Positions 24,900-36,739 of a stretch of DNA of 41,962 nt are shown piece after piece (within the stretch, counting starts at the first letter, position 1; the number at the start of each line of letters is the position of its first letter). This stretch comes from Psammoneis japonica (Eukaryota): NCBI GenBank assembly GCA_008632985.1, contig QPGO01000070.1, forward strand, positions 372,001 to 413,962. Reading direction: 5' to 3'. Both the position numbers and the translations under genes were made by a program. Below the pieces are notes generated by a model. That model did no database searches, was not told the origin of the DNA, and saw only the letters and a program-made list of their open reading frames with translations.

Positions 24900-27800
24900 C
24901 CTGCATCATGACTTGTGGTTGGTCCATGAAGAAATCCCATGCGCTTAAAGGCAAACATGTTCTTTGCTGTCAAAATTTGGAGGAAGCTCTCTGTTTCTCC
25001 AAAGTGCCTGGAGAGACAAAAAAAGGAAGAGGAACACCATGTGAACCTTCACCACAACATCAAGGTGATGGTGGAATTTGTGCACAAGATCATCGCTGGC
25101 AATGACCATGATGATCCTGTCTCTGGCAAGCCTCACCTCCATTTCTTGGGGTGCAAAATTCTTCAAGATTTGATCAACGACCATGCCCATGACCTTCACA
25201 GTGCATGCCATGTCACCAAGATCATCATGTGTTGCATCCAGTGCAAACCCAAGGACATGGACTGTTGGTTCTTGCAGATGTTCCGCAATGTCAACACCCA
25301 AAAGGAGTGGTGCTTGTTCGTCAAAACAGCTTTCTTGTCACGTGCAACTCCAACAATGTTGGTTCCCAGGAGGACAAAGTCAAGGCTTGTCTTGGAGACA
25401 AACTTGGTGACATTGAGAACTCAGCAACAATGGAGGGTGATTCCCCAGCCCATTGGGAGGCCTGCAAAGAAAAAATCAATTCCATGTTGAATCATGAATT
25501 TGGGCAGCGCTGTCCTGCTGAGGCGCAACCTGGCACACAACCCAGGTGCAGCAAGCAGCTCACAATGCTTTGTTGCAGAATGCATGATCAGAGGGCAGAC
25601 TGCATGGATGACAAGAACAAGCAAGAGCACAAATCAAAAACCAAACATGAAGTCAGGAGGATCCAAAAAGATGGCGCCGGTTTCCACAGCAGCAAGTGCC
25701 TTCCTGCATGTCAACTGCCTTTGTTCATGTGTTGTCTGATTGATCCTTTCCCCTCTTGACTTTATTTGCACAACAAGAGCCTTCTTTGACCACCCCCCTC
25801 AAGAAGGCCAAGACCGTCTCTCACCCAAATGCGGCACCCGCTTTGGTTTCTGGCAATGTGTCATCATCTGGGAGGTGCACTGCACCCTCACTGCCAACAT
25901 TCCCACCCTGTCTGAAACCATGGATTTGGCCAACCCAGCTTCTCCCCCCAAAGGCTGTCCCACCAAAGGGCGCCTCACTCGGCCATGTGTAACTGCAGAT
26001 GGGCTGGCTGCTGGGACTCCTCCAACAGACCCCAACAACATGTTGTGGCTTGACAAATCTGCTCTCTGTCAGTGCTTTGACCCGCCCAAGGGTCAAGCTG
26101 TTGCCTCAGAGAAAGTTGCAGCACACGTCTCACGTCTGCACATCATTGACAAGGGTGTTGACATTGAGCATGCACTGCAGCATTCCACTGCTGACTTTCA
26201 CCTCACAGACAACCTGAGGGAAAACTGGCACATGTTTTCCAACAACACCACCTTCTTGAGCAATCACACCATGGCCTCCTGTGTCCAAGTTGAGTGCAGC
26301 GGGAGGATGTTGCTCTGCAGGGATTGTGCATCTCTTGTGGTCAAGCATGCAATGGACACTTCAACGCCAACAACTGCACCTGGCATTGACACAGGAAAAC
26401 TGCCACCGGTTGTTTCACTGTCATGGATGCATTTGGTGACCTGTGGTCCTTCAAGGCAGCTGCTGACAGCAGAAATCTCATCAATCAGCACTGTGACAAT
26501 GTGTTTGACATGAAGCCAATGCTGACTTGGATGCACCACAATCAAGCACAGCTGGACTTTGCACTGAAAGACTTGGACCCACAACACAATGGCCCCTCCC
26601 ATCCTGATGTCATGCCATCTGCCAAAGCATTCAAGCACCTGTTGTTGGATGACAACAGGCTGTGGGATGATGTGGCAATTGGTGGTGGTGGCAAGACAGG
26701 ACTGCCCAAAGTGCACATGGACCAGTTGAAGTTCCCATCTTTCCCTGTGAGAGACTTCCATTTGTCAACTCCAGTCACAGTGCTCCACCGCTTCAAGAAC
26801 ATTGTGCACAGATCCAGGCCAGACCCAAAACATGTCATTGGACTGGCCATCCTGGCTGGTCATCCCACAGGCTGCCATCAATTCTGCTGTGTTGGGGACA
26901 AGGGCTTGCTGAACCTCTGTTGCAAAGGGGCAGATCCATTTGTGTCATGCTGTGACTTTTTGATGAATGATTTTGGTGTGTTGTTTGGAGACCCACAGGT
27001 TGGACAGATCAGCCCCACCAATTTGACGTGCAGGAAGTTTTCCGAGGTTTTCATGGACCCCAGATGCATGGCCACGGCCAATTGCCTTGTTGACCTCATC
27101 GTGGACAAAATCTGTGCAACTCTTCTTTGGACAAATTGCAACGTGGGGACCAAAGAGTTCTGTCCCAATTTAATGGAACAACAGTGCAAGGCTGCACCTG
27201 TGATGTCTGGGCACAACATGGGGCAGATTTCAGCAAGATCTGTCTCATGTTGTTGCTGCAATGTCTTGTGCTGGGGGCTGTCACAGTGAAGGACCATCCA
27301 TGTCTGAATGACATGGTGCACTCTGTGTTCAATTTGGGAGCTGCAGCACAACTGGAGCACACCAAACCAGAAGAACGGCCGCTCATGCATCAACGCATGT
27401 CATCAGAGACTGGTGCCAAAGAGCATGGTTGGAATGGAATGGAGCACAAGCTTTGTGAGAATTCCAACAATCATTGCACCTGCACATTTGATCACATGTT
27501 CCATGGTCCCTGTTCTGGGCAAGACGTTTTTACCTTCTCTCTGTCAGGTCAGCATCTTTGCAAGGCATGCGGGTTCACAGAGTGTCAAACAGCAGAGCAT
27601 GTGGATGCCAATCCCAACCCATGCACGGCATGCACCAGCATGGATGCCACCACTGACTCATCCTCCACTTCTCTCTGTTCTGGAATTGTTGCAGACAATG
27701 AGTTAAACTCACTCTCAGAGGAGTCCTGCAGTGACAAAGTCAGTGACGAATCAGAGTCTTCCACTCACAAGTCCGCATGAACCAAGGAGGGCAACAACCA

Positions 27801-28257
27801 ATTTGTTGCCACAGACTTGTCCACCTCTCTCTGTTCCGGACTTGTTGCTGACAATGATTTAAACTCATGCTCGGAAGAGTCCTCCATTGTTGAAGACAAG
27901 GACGAATCAGAGCATGAAGGAGTTGTGGATGACAATGAGTTGAGCTCATTGTCCAAGGAGTCCTTGTTGTCAGCAACTGTTCCTTCTGGAGCAGAGGCTG
28001 ACAACGAGTTGAGCTCATTGTCCGAGGAGTCTGCCATTGACAAAGTGGAAGACCCGCCAGAGATGGCGGAGTTTGACAAATCAGAGGAGTGCCAAGCCAT
28101 TGTCACAGCTGACATTGAATCCATTGCATTGCTGGAACAGTTTTACGATGATGACATGCAGTGCATGGCACCAAAGGAACAACAAAGGAAACCACCAGTC
28201 ATTTCATCATTGCCAAATTTTGACCTGGATGAATGTGTGGATGCAACTCTTTTGTGA
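24900..28257 (+). pseudogene. Large decayed plus-strand gene or genes of unknown function, with an acidic repeat tail
   Basis: A chain of overlapping plus-strand ORFs (24939-25490, 25740-26513, 26423-27289, 27127-27780, 27817-28257) with protein-like composition once H/C are read as former Y/R. Confidence 0.55.
27660..28035 (+). repeat. Four diverged copies of a DNELxSLSEES-coding motif
   Basis: gacaatgagttaaactcactctcagaggagtcc-like units at about 27694, 27850, 27931 and 28000. Confidence 0.8.
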
Positions 28258-28381
28258 GTTGAGCATGTTTGGCACTGTCCTGTTTGACTTGCTGCTGCTT
28301 TTGACTCACCTTTTTTGAGTCAAACTGTGGCACACAAACCATCTAACAACACACTTTTGTCACACATTTGTCACACTTACA

Positions 28382-29185
28382 AGCAATGACAGTGGGACCA
28401 AAGTCCCATGGCTGGGCATGACGAGGCCTGCAAATGCAGGAGAGCTCTCTCTAGAAGAGCTTTGTTTGGACCGTGGCATCAAGGCAGTGGTTTCCGAGCA
28501 ACAATGAGGAGATGAGGCAAGGTGCACAGTTGTGAAGGATCTTTTTATGAATGCATCTGTTGAGACACACACTGTCTCTCTGCAGGATGGCAGTGCCTCA
28601 CACCACCTCAATTGCAATGTTTCTGCTGAGAATTTTGCAAACAGCATCATGCTGAGCTTTGGGGGAGAGATTGATTTTAGGAAGAGTGGATTTGTCCAGA
28701 TGTGCATGGACTGTTGCTGGATGCAATGCGGTGAGTGGAAAATGAGCACATTTGGAGAATGATTTTCCCGCAAAAACCTGCAAGAGATGATGGATTCTCT
28801 CCTTCATCCACAGTTGCAGAGGTGCCGCATCATTGTCCTGCACAACCTCTGGTCACTCAGGCAAGTTGTGGGAAACTTGGAGTGCATGGAAAGTTTTGCT
28901 TTCATCTTGGGTGTCAACAAGGGAATGGCGCATCATGAAGTTATGATTTGCCAGGCCTCTTGTGCAATCGGAGAGCTGGTGAGGGGTGAATGGCTTGGGA
29001 AACCATCCAATCAGGAAGACTTGCACTTGGGTGTTACGGAGCAGGAAATCCGGGCATCCGTTCCTGAAACAGAAAGGGAGGAAGTCCTCAGGTTTGTCAA
29101 GGAGCTTCCATTGGTTGATCCAAAGCAGACAACGAAATTGTTTTCCTTTGAGAAAAGAGCACCAGAGTGGGAAGTGAGCAAATGA
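28382..29185 (+). pseudogene. Decayed ORF of about 270 codons with a possible Rossmann/SAM-methyltransferase-like pattern
   Basis: One frame is interrupted only by two TGA codons (28505, 28760), each explicable as CGA>TGA. It reads KV(P/L)WLGM...DEARC...VET(H/Y)TVSLQ...HLNCNVS...FVQMCMD(CC/YY)W. Confidence 0.4.
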
Positions 29186-29751
29186 CCTTCACATTTTTTG
29201 GTCCGATGGCAAACAAGGTGGATTGTGTTGTGGCATGCATCAATTCAAGCAGGCGAGTGACCCGTGGCACTTCTTTTTCTAATGAAGGAGCTTCAGCTCT
29301 AACATCATTGACATTGCTTTCTCCAATTGAGTTTGCATGTGTTTGTTCAAACAAGTGCATCTTCATCCACTGCTGTGAAACTTTTCCGCACATGTTTTTC
29401 TGCATTCTTGAGTCACCCAAACATGCTTCATTTTCTTGTGCGACTCCACAATCCTGGCTGCTCCTCAAAAACCAACAACTTGTTGCCCAACAGCATCAAT
29501 GGGCACCAAGAACAGCTTTGGAGAGCACACGGCTTTCTCTGCACTGGACAATTCATGGTTCTTCACTCAGTCCAATTGCCGCCAACTGATGAGGTCAGTG
29601 TGTTGCATGCGTTCTGCCATTGAACACTTGTCCGTTTGGTGCATGCAAGGGTGAACAATGGCGCGCAACTCACCATTGCTTTCCTTTTTAAAGAAACAGT
29701 GCAGCCAAGAAGGGAAGAACAAATTTCTGCACCAAGTTCCAAAGCTCACAT

Positions 29752-30219
29752 TTGCCCAGTTGCACACAGCTCCTGTTGAAAAACTGCTGGAAGATTTGGG
29801 AGCACAAGGCCATTGAGGGCAGATTTGTTGGAGAGGGAATGGGCAAGGCAGGTGAAAAGGAGAAGAAGACAGAACCAAGACCCAAGTGCACAGACCCATT
29901 GCAACAGCATGACTCATGGAAGAATGAAGGGACACAGCAATTCAACGACCTGCTTGAGGAGGTGAAGGAAGACAGGGCAAGTGAGGCAGGTGTGCAGCTC
30001 AACACATGGTGCAGCAATGGCAAGAAGAGGGAGAGTGATGAAAAGGAAAAGGGAGCAAATGCCAAGACAATGCCGGCGGCGCAGGAGGCAAGAAAACAAG
30101 TGACGACAGAGCTGTCCAGTGATGGCAAGGACAACAAAGAAAAGAGGAAGAGCATGATGAGGACAGTCAAGAGGAGGAAAAAAGTGAAATGGACAACAAG
30201 AATGATGAGAACAAACTGA
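29752..30219 (+). pseudogene. Decayed ORF with LLxN(Y)WxxW...PK(Y)TD...WxxEGxxxFNxLxxxVxxDR motif and a charged tail (probable DNA-transposon accessory gene)
   Basis: LLLKNCWKIWEHK...PRPKCTD...DSWKNEGTQQFNDLLEEVKEDR. The family association is from memory, not a search. Confidence 0.4.
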
Positions 30220-30502
30220 GGTGTGGAAAAGGGAGCAGAGCCTTTTGACAATGCGGAGCAGGTGACAGCAAAGTGGTGCATTGATGTTCATTGAAAAACT
30301 TCACAAACTGGGAATGCAGCAATTCAGTGTTCATTGATGAACGTGTTTCATGCCATGTGTTGTTGAACAATTGTGCTGTGGACAGCACAGACAACATTCA
30401 ATGAGTGTTTTGACAATGAATGGAACACAATCAAAATGCTTTTGAACATCACACTCCACAGGCAAAACAGCAATCACTGTGTGGGAGAAAGGGGGCTTTT
30501 CC

Positions 30503-30702
30503 ACAGTTAACGGTGGCATCTCATGGCACAGGTGGGGGGTCTGTGGCAAAAAAAAATTGTCTGTCACAGACAAAAAAATGTCACCATGTGCACAACTGTC
30601 AAGGTTTGAAGCCACAGCACTTTTAACTGCAACAGATTAAAAAATTCACTGCAAGAAAGGTGGTCTCCTGGATCACTGCAATGTGCGCTCTGATGTGTTT
30701 TC
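30503..30702 (+). repeat. Dispersed repeat of about 200 bp, copy 2
   Basis: Same orientation as 23810-24008. Both copies begin with CAGT(T/G)AA. Confidence 0.75.
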
Positions 30703-33700
30703 TGCCACCAATGTGGCTGCTGTGGGGCTGTGTGTGGACACTCCAAGATGTTTGCGATTGGCCCAACTGAGCTGTTTTTCAAGCAGCATTTTGCAAGAGC
30801 CCAAGAGCCCATTTGCTGGAGACTGTTCACCTCAAAATGACATTAGAAACATCGCGTGAGTGGCCCATGGTCATGCACAGTGGCCCTTTTTGGCTGCAGC
30901 AAAAGAGGGCAACAATGCTTGGGAAACAAGAAATTTGCTGTGTTGATTTTGTGCACCATGCTTCTGCTGGTGTCTGACTGTGTGGCACTGTGAAAAATGC
31001 AAGAGCTTGGATTTGTTCAAACAGCTTTGATGTGGACACTGCATTGTTGAAGCACTGCCACAACTCTTTCTTTCATTTTTGCCAGCAAGGCACTGCCAAG
31101 CTTCTTGTTGCTGCTCTCCCTCTTTGCACAGAAGCACATGCTTACACTCACACTGCCAAGGACCCTGACATCTCCAGAGGACTCTTGAAGAAAGTCCTTG
31201 CAAATCTCAAGATCATCTGCCAGGGAAGGGGAGTGATGATGATGTTGCTTGTGAGCACATCCATTTGATCCATGACAAAAGATCGATGTGATTTGGCATG
31301 AACTGCAAACCTGCTGGACAGTGCGGCAGGCTCAACTTGAAAATGACCCAGAAAACAAAGAAACAAGAGACAAGTTGCTCGACAAGGTGAAGAAGCTTGG
31401 ACAACCTGTCTCATGTCCAAAAAAGTGTTTTTGACTGCTGCTCTTTCAAATTGTGAGCTGGGAGGAGTTGTCAACTTCACAAACTCAAATGATTTCCTTC
31501 TCTGCGCAGATCCATGCAATGCCTTTGATGACACCATGATGCATGTTTTGTGTTGCTTTTGGAAGCAAGGTGAGGTGTCCTTGCTCACACCCAGAGCAAC
31601 CTGGCAGTGACATGCACCTGGCACTGGCATTGTGCCATCACAAAAAGTGGGGCCACCTTCTCATGTGTGTTTGTGTTTTGTTTGCCATGATGGTGGAACA
31701 CAACCCAACAGGAGCACAGGATGGATGGCACTGAACTTGACACATTGACACCATTCTCCCCCACAGCAACAACAGCAGTGGATCACATTTGCATCTGACA
31801 AATTGCAACAACCAGCTTCATGGGCCAATCATCAGAAACTTTTTTTTTGTTTGGGTCTCATTTTTTGTCATTTCAAAAAGTTTTGATGCTTGAAAAAGGC
31901 TTGCTGCTGCTGCTGCTGCTGACTGCTCATTCTCTGCCTGTGCTGGTTGAACTCTGGAATGATTGTGGTGCACAGAAAACATTGCACATCTGTCTGATGC
32001 CTGGCATCACATCCTGATGGCAAGCACCTTGGTGCATCCACCTGCTGTCACCAAAGCACCAGTCCTTCTGGTGCCAAAAAATCTTGATGAATTGCATGAC
32101 ATTGGTTTTCATTGCAACCACAAGAACTCCAAGGAACCTCACTGTGTGGAAAAGTCTTGAGGCAATTCGTCTGGGCAGATTGCAAGCCATTGGTGAAAAA
32201 CTTGGAGGAGGCCATGCTCAATGCCAGCAATGTTGATGTGTGTGCTGACTGCATCATCTGCTGCCCTGAGGCAACGGAGCAGTTTCCAGGATTGTGTGCT
32301 CTTTTTGCTCCAAGAAGTGCCCACTTGAGAACAAAAATTGTGCCAAATGCCAAAAAGTTGGGGTTGCAGGCTGTTTTGCATGAAAAACAAAATGGCACAG
32401 CAGGCAGCAGAGGACCATGCAGGGTGCCAGACCCCATGAAGAAATGAAGTTGGGCTGCCATGGAAAACACACAGTTCCCTGTGTGATGGTTGGGTCTTTT
32501 TCAACAGATTTCAACATTCTCAGCAGCCACTCCCTGTCCATTGATGCTCCCAGAGGCAAAATGGGGCAAGAAGAAGGCCGCCAGTGGCCAGGCCAGGAGC
32601 TGGGTCCTAGATTGCCTTTTCTCCTGACAACATGAGTCAGTCAACATCCACAACACCTGCTCCCATGACTGTGCAGTGTCTCTGCTGCAGGCTGCTAAGG
32701 AGTGATGGCTCTGGCTGTGTTCCACATGGGCACATGCAACCAAAATGCAACCAGCAGCAACCAGTTGCACACAGAACATGAGAACCAGAGCACCCGCATG
32801 TGAACAGAGCATCAGACTTTTTTGCACACCCTCCTGTTTGAAATTCACACACAACGGTGCTTCCTCCGGCAAGCAACAATTGTGCAGGACAAATTGCCGT
32901 GTCATTTTTTGCAGCATTGATCTGCACAAAATCGCACAGTCACACACCACACAAGACAAATTCTGCCTTGCATCAACCTCCAAAATGATGCAAACAATGG
33001 CAGCCCTGGCCCCAAACGTTGGCATGGAGCAAGCCAACCATTCATGTGTGACAATCGTTGGTTGCTGAGACCAAGAAAACCAGGGGACAGATTTTGCAAT
33101 GCTGTTTTTGGCGGATTGTGGCATGGTTTTGCAGGAGGTTGTTTTGGCTGTCATTTGTTGAGTGTCAGACTTGCACAGGTTTCTGTGTGATGGCTTCTGA
33201 TGAGTGATTTTGGATGATGCAATTTGAATGGATTTTCAACAACACACAACAACAGGGGGATGTTGGGGCTGTCAGAAGGTTGTGAGGCGATGTTTCAAGG
33301 GTGTTGGAGCCAAGAAATGGGCAATTTTGGAAGTGCCTGTCTCATTTGTGCCATTTTATTCAAGCACAATGATCAACAGGGCTTTTTTCATGTCTTGTTG
33401 GGTTGTGAGCTCATAGATTTGAATGTTTGCCATCACAAATTAGCGCCAAAAAAATGACGCCGTAATTCATCATGTGCAATTGTTGCTCACAGGAGGAAGA
33501 GTGATGCACAGGCCATTGTCCAAGTGATTTTGCAGCATCACATTTGTGTTCTCAAGCAAAATTTGTGCAAACTGTGTGAATTTTAACATGACATGTTCCA
33601 TCGTGGGAAAACAGAGTTTGATGCCACATCACCCATCATGATGGGTCTGTGGCTTTGGCGGCACCAATGCCAGCACTTTCCACCGTGTCAAGTGGCATCT

Positions 33701-34259
33701 TGCTGTTGCCTTTGTAATTGTCCATGATGCACAAAGCAGAATTGAGTGATGCACCTGTTTTTCATGTTGAAAATGATGGATGCATCTCCTTTGTTGGTGT
33801 GATGTGACATGTCAACTTAGTGCTTTTTATCAAGATGGTAAAAGTTGTGCTGTTCTCAAAACAGGTTGCCTGTTCAGAACAACGTGTTGCACTGTTCGGA
33901 TGTGGAGTTGCCTGCTCTCAGCCAAGAGTTTGCTCAAATGGGGTTAGAACAGGTGTGACATTTGACCAAAAATGTCAAAAACAAAGGAACACATGAAATG
34001 TCATTGGAGTCACTCAGTGCACAAATGTGACACTAAAAATTGCTTGGCCACATCCCCTGTGTTGCCAAACAATGATCGGAGGGACAATGGCCGGGAAGTC
34101 CTCTCGTCAGGTGGGGCCCTCCTTGTCAAAATCCCTCCTCATTGGGGGCCATCTTCTTGTTGAAACACCTCCTCATTGGGGGTCTTTTTGTTGAGCTGTT
34201 GCCCCTCTGATCACACTTTTAGCAGGAACCTCAGCATGCAGTTGCTGTTGCAAGCGTTG

Positions 34260-35464
34260 TTCTCCATGCCGCTCTGGCTTGTCTCAGGTTTTTGGAGTTT
34301 CATGTTGCAACAGTGCTGCCAAACAGTCTCAAGTGTCGCGACCTCTCAGAACCAGCTGCCAATTTGTGTGACACGGACATCATTCTCACAACAGCTGCAT
34401 TTTGTGGAGGATGGCTGTGCAGCATGCTGGAACTTCATCGTGCTGTGGTTGACGAGTCTCACCTCCTTGACACTGGCAATTCCATGGACTGCAATCATTC
34501 CTGCAATGTGCTTGCCAACATTTGCTGGCGTGTTGCCACTGCTCCTTTTGCATCCACTCATTCACTTTGGAAACAGATGAGCTTTATCAAGATCCAAGAA
34601 GACTTCCTCATGGTGGCGGAAAGGGCGTCTCCCAAGGAGCGCTTCTGTCATTTGGCCGCCAGGCCGAAGCCCTTGATGATTCGATGCACAAAAAACCAGC
34701 GCATCCAAGGCAAAGCCGCCCTGGCCCTTCCTGCCTCGACTGCTCAATCTGCAATGGTTGAAATGACGGAGAAGGAGAAGCGTAATTTCAAGATCTCATG
34801 GTCCCAGGGATGGAGGCGCTTGCAATCTTTCGTTGCGGGAGCAAAGTTGTTTGCCATTGAGACGTCAGGGGTGTCTTGCGCCAGTCCAGCCATTTTTTTC
34901 CAGAGGAAGCCGATTTGCGGCACTGTTCCAAGATTCAACGTCTTGTCGCCGATGTTCAAAACTTGACAGTTCGCGAAGAAAAAGAGTCCAGGATTCTCCT
35001 GCGAGTCGCAGTTTTTACCCACTGCAAGGGCATGTTAAAGGCTGACGCACACTTCTTGAAGCCATTCATGAATGTTTACACCTTGACGGATCCACCACTT
35101 CTCCCAAGCGAGACAAAGCTGTTCGGGCATTTCAGGATGTTTCTCACACCGAATGTGTGAGCCTTCGTCCTGCTGCCTTTGTGATTACCCTTCGTACCGG
35201 CTCAGTCGGCATCACGCTGACGGCTGCATCACACGTTTATACTGTATGATGGAACCATGCGTCGATGTCAATATGGAGACGCAAGCTGCTTGGCGGATCC
35301 ATCGACTTGGCTAAACCAAGCGCGTGGGGGTGACGAGATATGTTCACAAGGAGTCGGTGGAGGAGCGATTGGTAGAACTGCAGTCAGAAATGGTGGCTGG
35401 CCGCATCCGGTTGGGTCAAGATGGAAAGCTTCCTGTTGAAGGAATCCGTATTTTGACTAGCTAG
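34260..35464 (+). pseudogene. 5'-truncated SNF2-family (RAD5/16-like) helicase pseudogene
   Basis: DIILTT, HRAVVDESH (motif II), WRVATAPF (motif III-like), LMIRCTKNQ, VAVFTH, VITLRTGSVGITLTAASHVY (motif V), and MEP...ETQAAWRIHRLG*TKRV (motif VI) with a premature TAA at 35312, then SVEERL. Frameshifts are present; the final TAG is at 35462-35464. Confidence 0.85.
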
Positions 35465-35719
35465 AGGATATCAGGAGACGCATCAATGGTATTTTTGTCA
35501 TAAATAGATATGTATGCATAGTTGTATTCATGGTGATGTACGCGCAGTGCTGTTTCAATGAAGAAACAGCTCTATCGTCTGCGTGAAAGTGCCGTATTGT
35601 CGTGGAATCAATTCAGGACGTGGCCAAATGATAATTTTTCTATGCTCGGCGTTTAGTATTTCTCGTGGTTGACATCTATGAAATTCAAACGTTGTTGTAA
35701 GATGGACGTCCTGGAACGT

Positions 35720-36617
35720 CTATTCCAAATAGGATCGCCGAGATGCCGGCATCAAGAAATCGTCCGTGCATTTCTCCATCTCAATCTCAATCTTGTTGTT
35801 ATAATTCATTTCAATGAGCAAAACACTCGTCTCGGCCGTTCCACACATATGCTCCGTTTTCCAGCTTGACTGTACAGTTCGATTCCATAGAATCACGCGA
35901 GCATTGACCAATAGGCCAAAGAGGATGGGAGCGAAGGCATGTACGGCTGGGAAAACTTCCAGATGCATGTTGAAATGGAATTTCTTGAATAATTTCCAAG
36001 CTGATTTCCCCTTGACCCGTTTGTTGAATTTTGGAGCATTCACCCGCCAAGTCTCATAATCTTCAACCTCTTCTCCATCTGGGGCTTCCTGTTCTCCAGA
36101 TGGATGGAAATCGTACATTGTCACTGCCTCGCCAGCACTTAGTTTTTTCATGGCGGTTCCCTCCTTGTACTCAATTCGGCGAGTCTCCCGACCGAGTTGG
36201 TTAGCCATATCTAGGGAGGCTTGGACGACGGCGGCCTTGGTGTTGTGCTTGTTAGACCATCCCTTGCGAACTTGCATAGAAATCTCGAACGATGGGTTGC
36301 AAAGTCGCAGACGACAAATTACTACCGGTAGTAGACCGAGAGAAGAGTTCTTTCTCGGTTGCGATCTTGTGGAGGAAGCGGTTCATCAGGCGGATCGAGA
36401 GGAGTTCGTCAAAGTCCAAGAAAGGGAGGATATTAGCGACGAGCAACGACGTGAGGATGTCTCCCAATCCACGGAGGCCCGTCTCGTTTTCCTTGTCGGC
36501 GCCTTCGCCACGGTTCATTTCGGAAGTACTACGCATGGTTGCTTCAGCATACGTAGGCTCGTCGGCCGTTGCTTCTTCTGTCTTTGCTTTCTTCGGAGCT
36601 GGTTCCTGCATTGACAT
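35720..36617 (-). CDS. Putative F-box-containing protein (one apparent frameshift near 36280-36330)
   Basis: LTSLLVANILPFLDFDELLSIRLMNRFLHKIAT is F-box-like. The ORF 36617-36252 overlaps the ORF 36277-35720 in another frame. Normal CpG/TpA content. Confidence 0.55.
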
Positions 36618-36739
36618 GATGGCTTGTGTATTAGAGAAGCAACAACGTGATTTGCCTTGCAGTTCAGAATCGCGCGGCAGGAGAAAAACTTGATGCCGAC
36701 AAGGGGGCGACGTACGGACCGATAGCAGACAGACTGACC

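Larger units (their letters stand above)
12290..35160. other. CpG- and TpA-depleted decayed domain B (nested TE remnants and pseudogenes)
   Basis: About 23 kb with few TA and few CG. CpG is partly retained in patches (about 21930-23830, 28400-29700 and 34600-35160). Confidence 0.85.

Noticed and set aside
26220..26500. TET/JBP-like dioxygenase hints (WHMFSNN...SRNLINQH)
   Set aside because: The HxD aspartate is absent and cannot be restored by the local mutation rules, so it is too weak to call.
30700..33200. Possible decayed transposase following the second CAGT repeat
   Set aside because: Protein-like fragments are present, but I recognised no catalytic motif.
34134..34182. Two copies of cctcctcattggggg next to the SNF2 truncation point
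   Set aside because: They may be subterminal repeats of a transposon, but I could not find a partner terminus or TSD.
3780..35160. Classical fungal RIP, or simple CpG deamination alone, as the explanation
   Set aside because: RIP raises TpA and AT content. CpG deamination does not consume TpA or turn Tyr codons into His/Cys.
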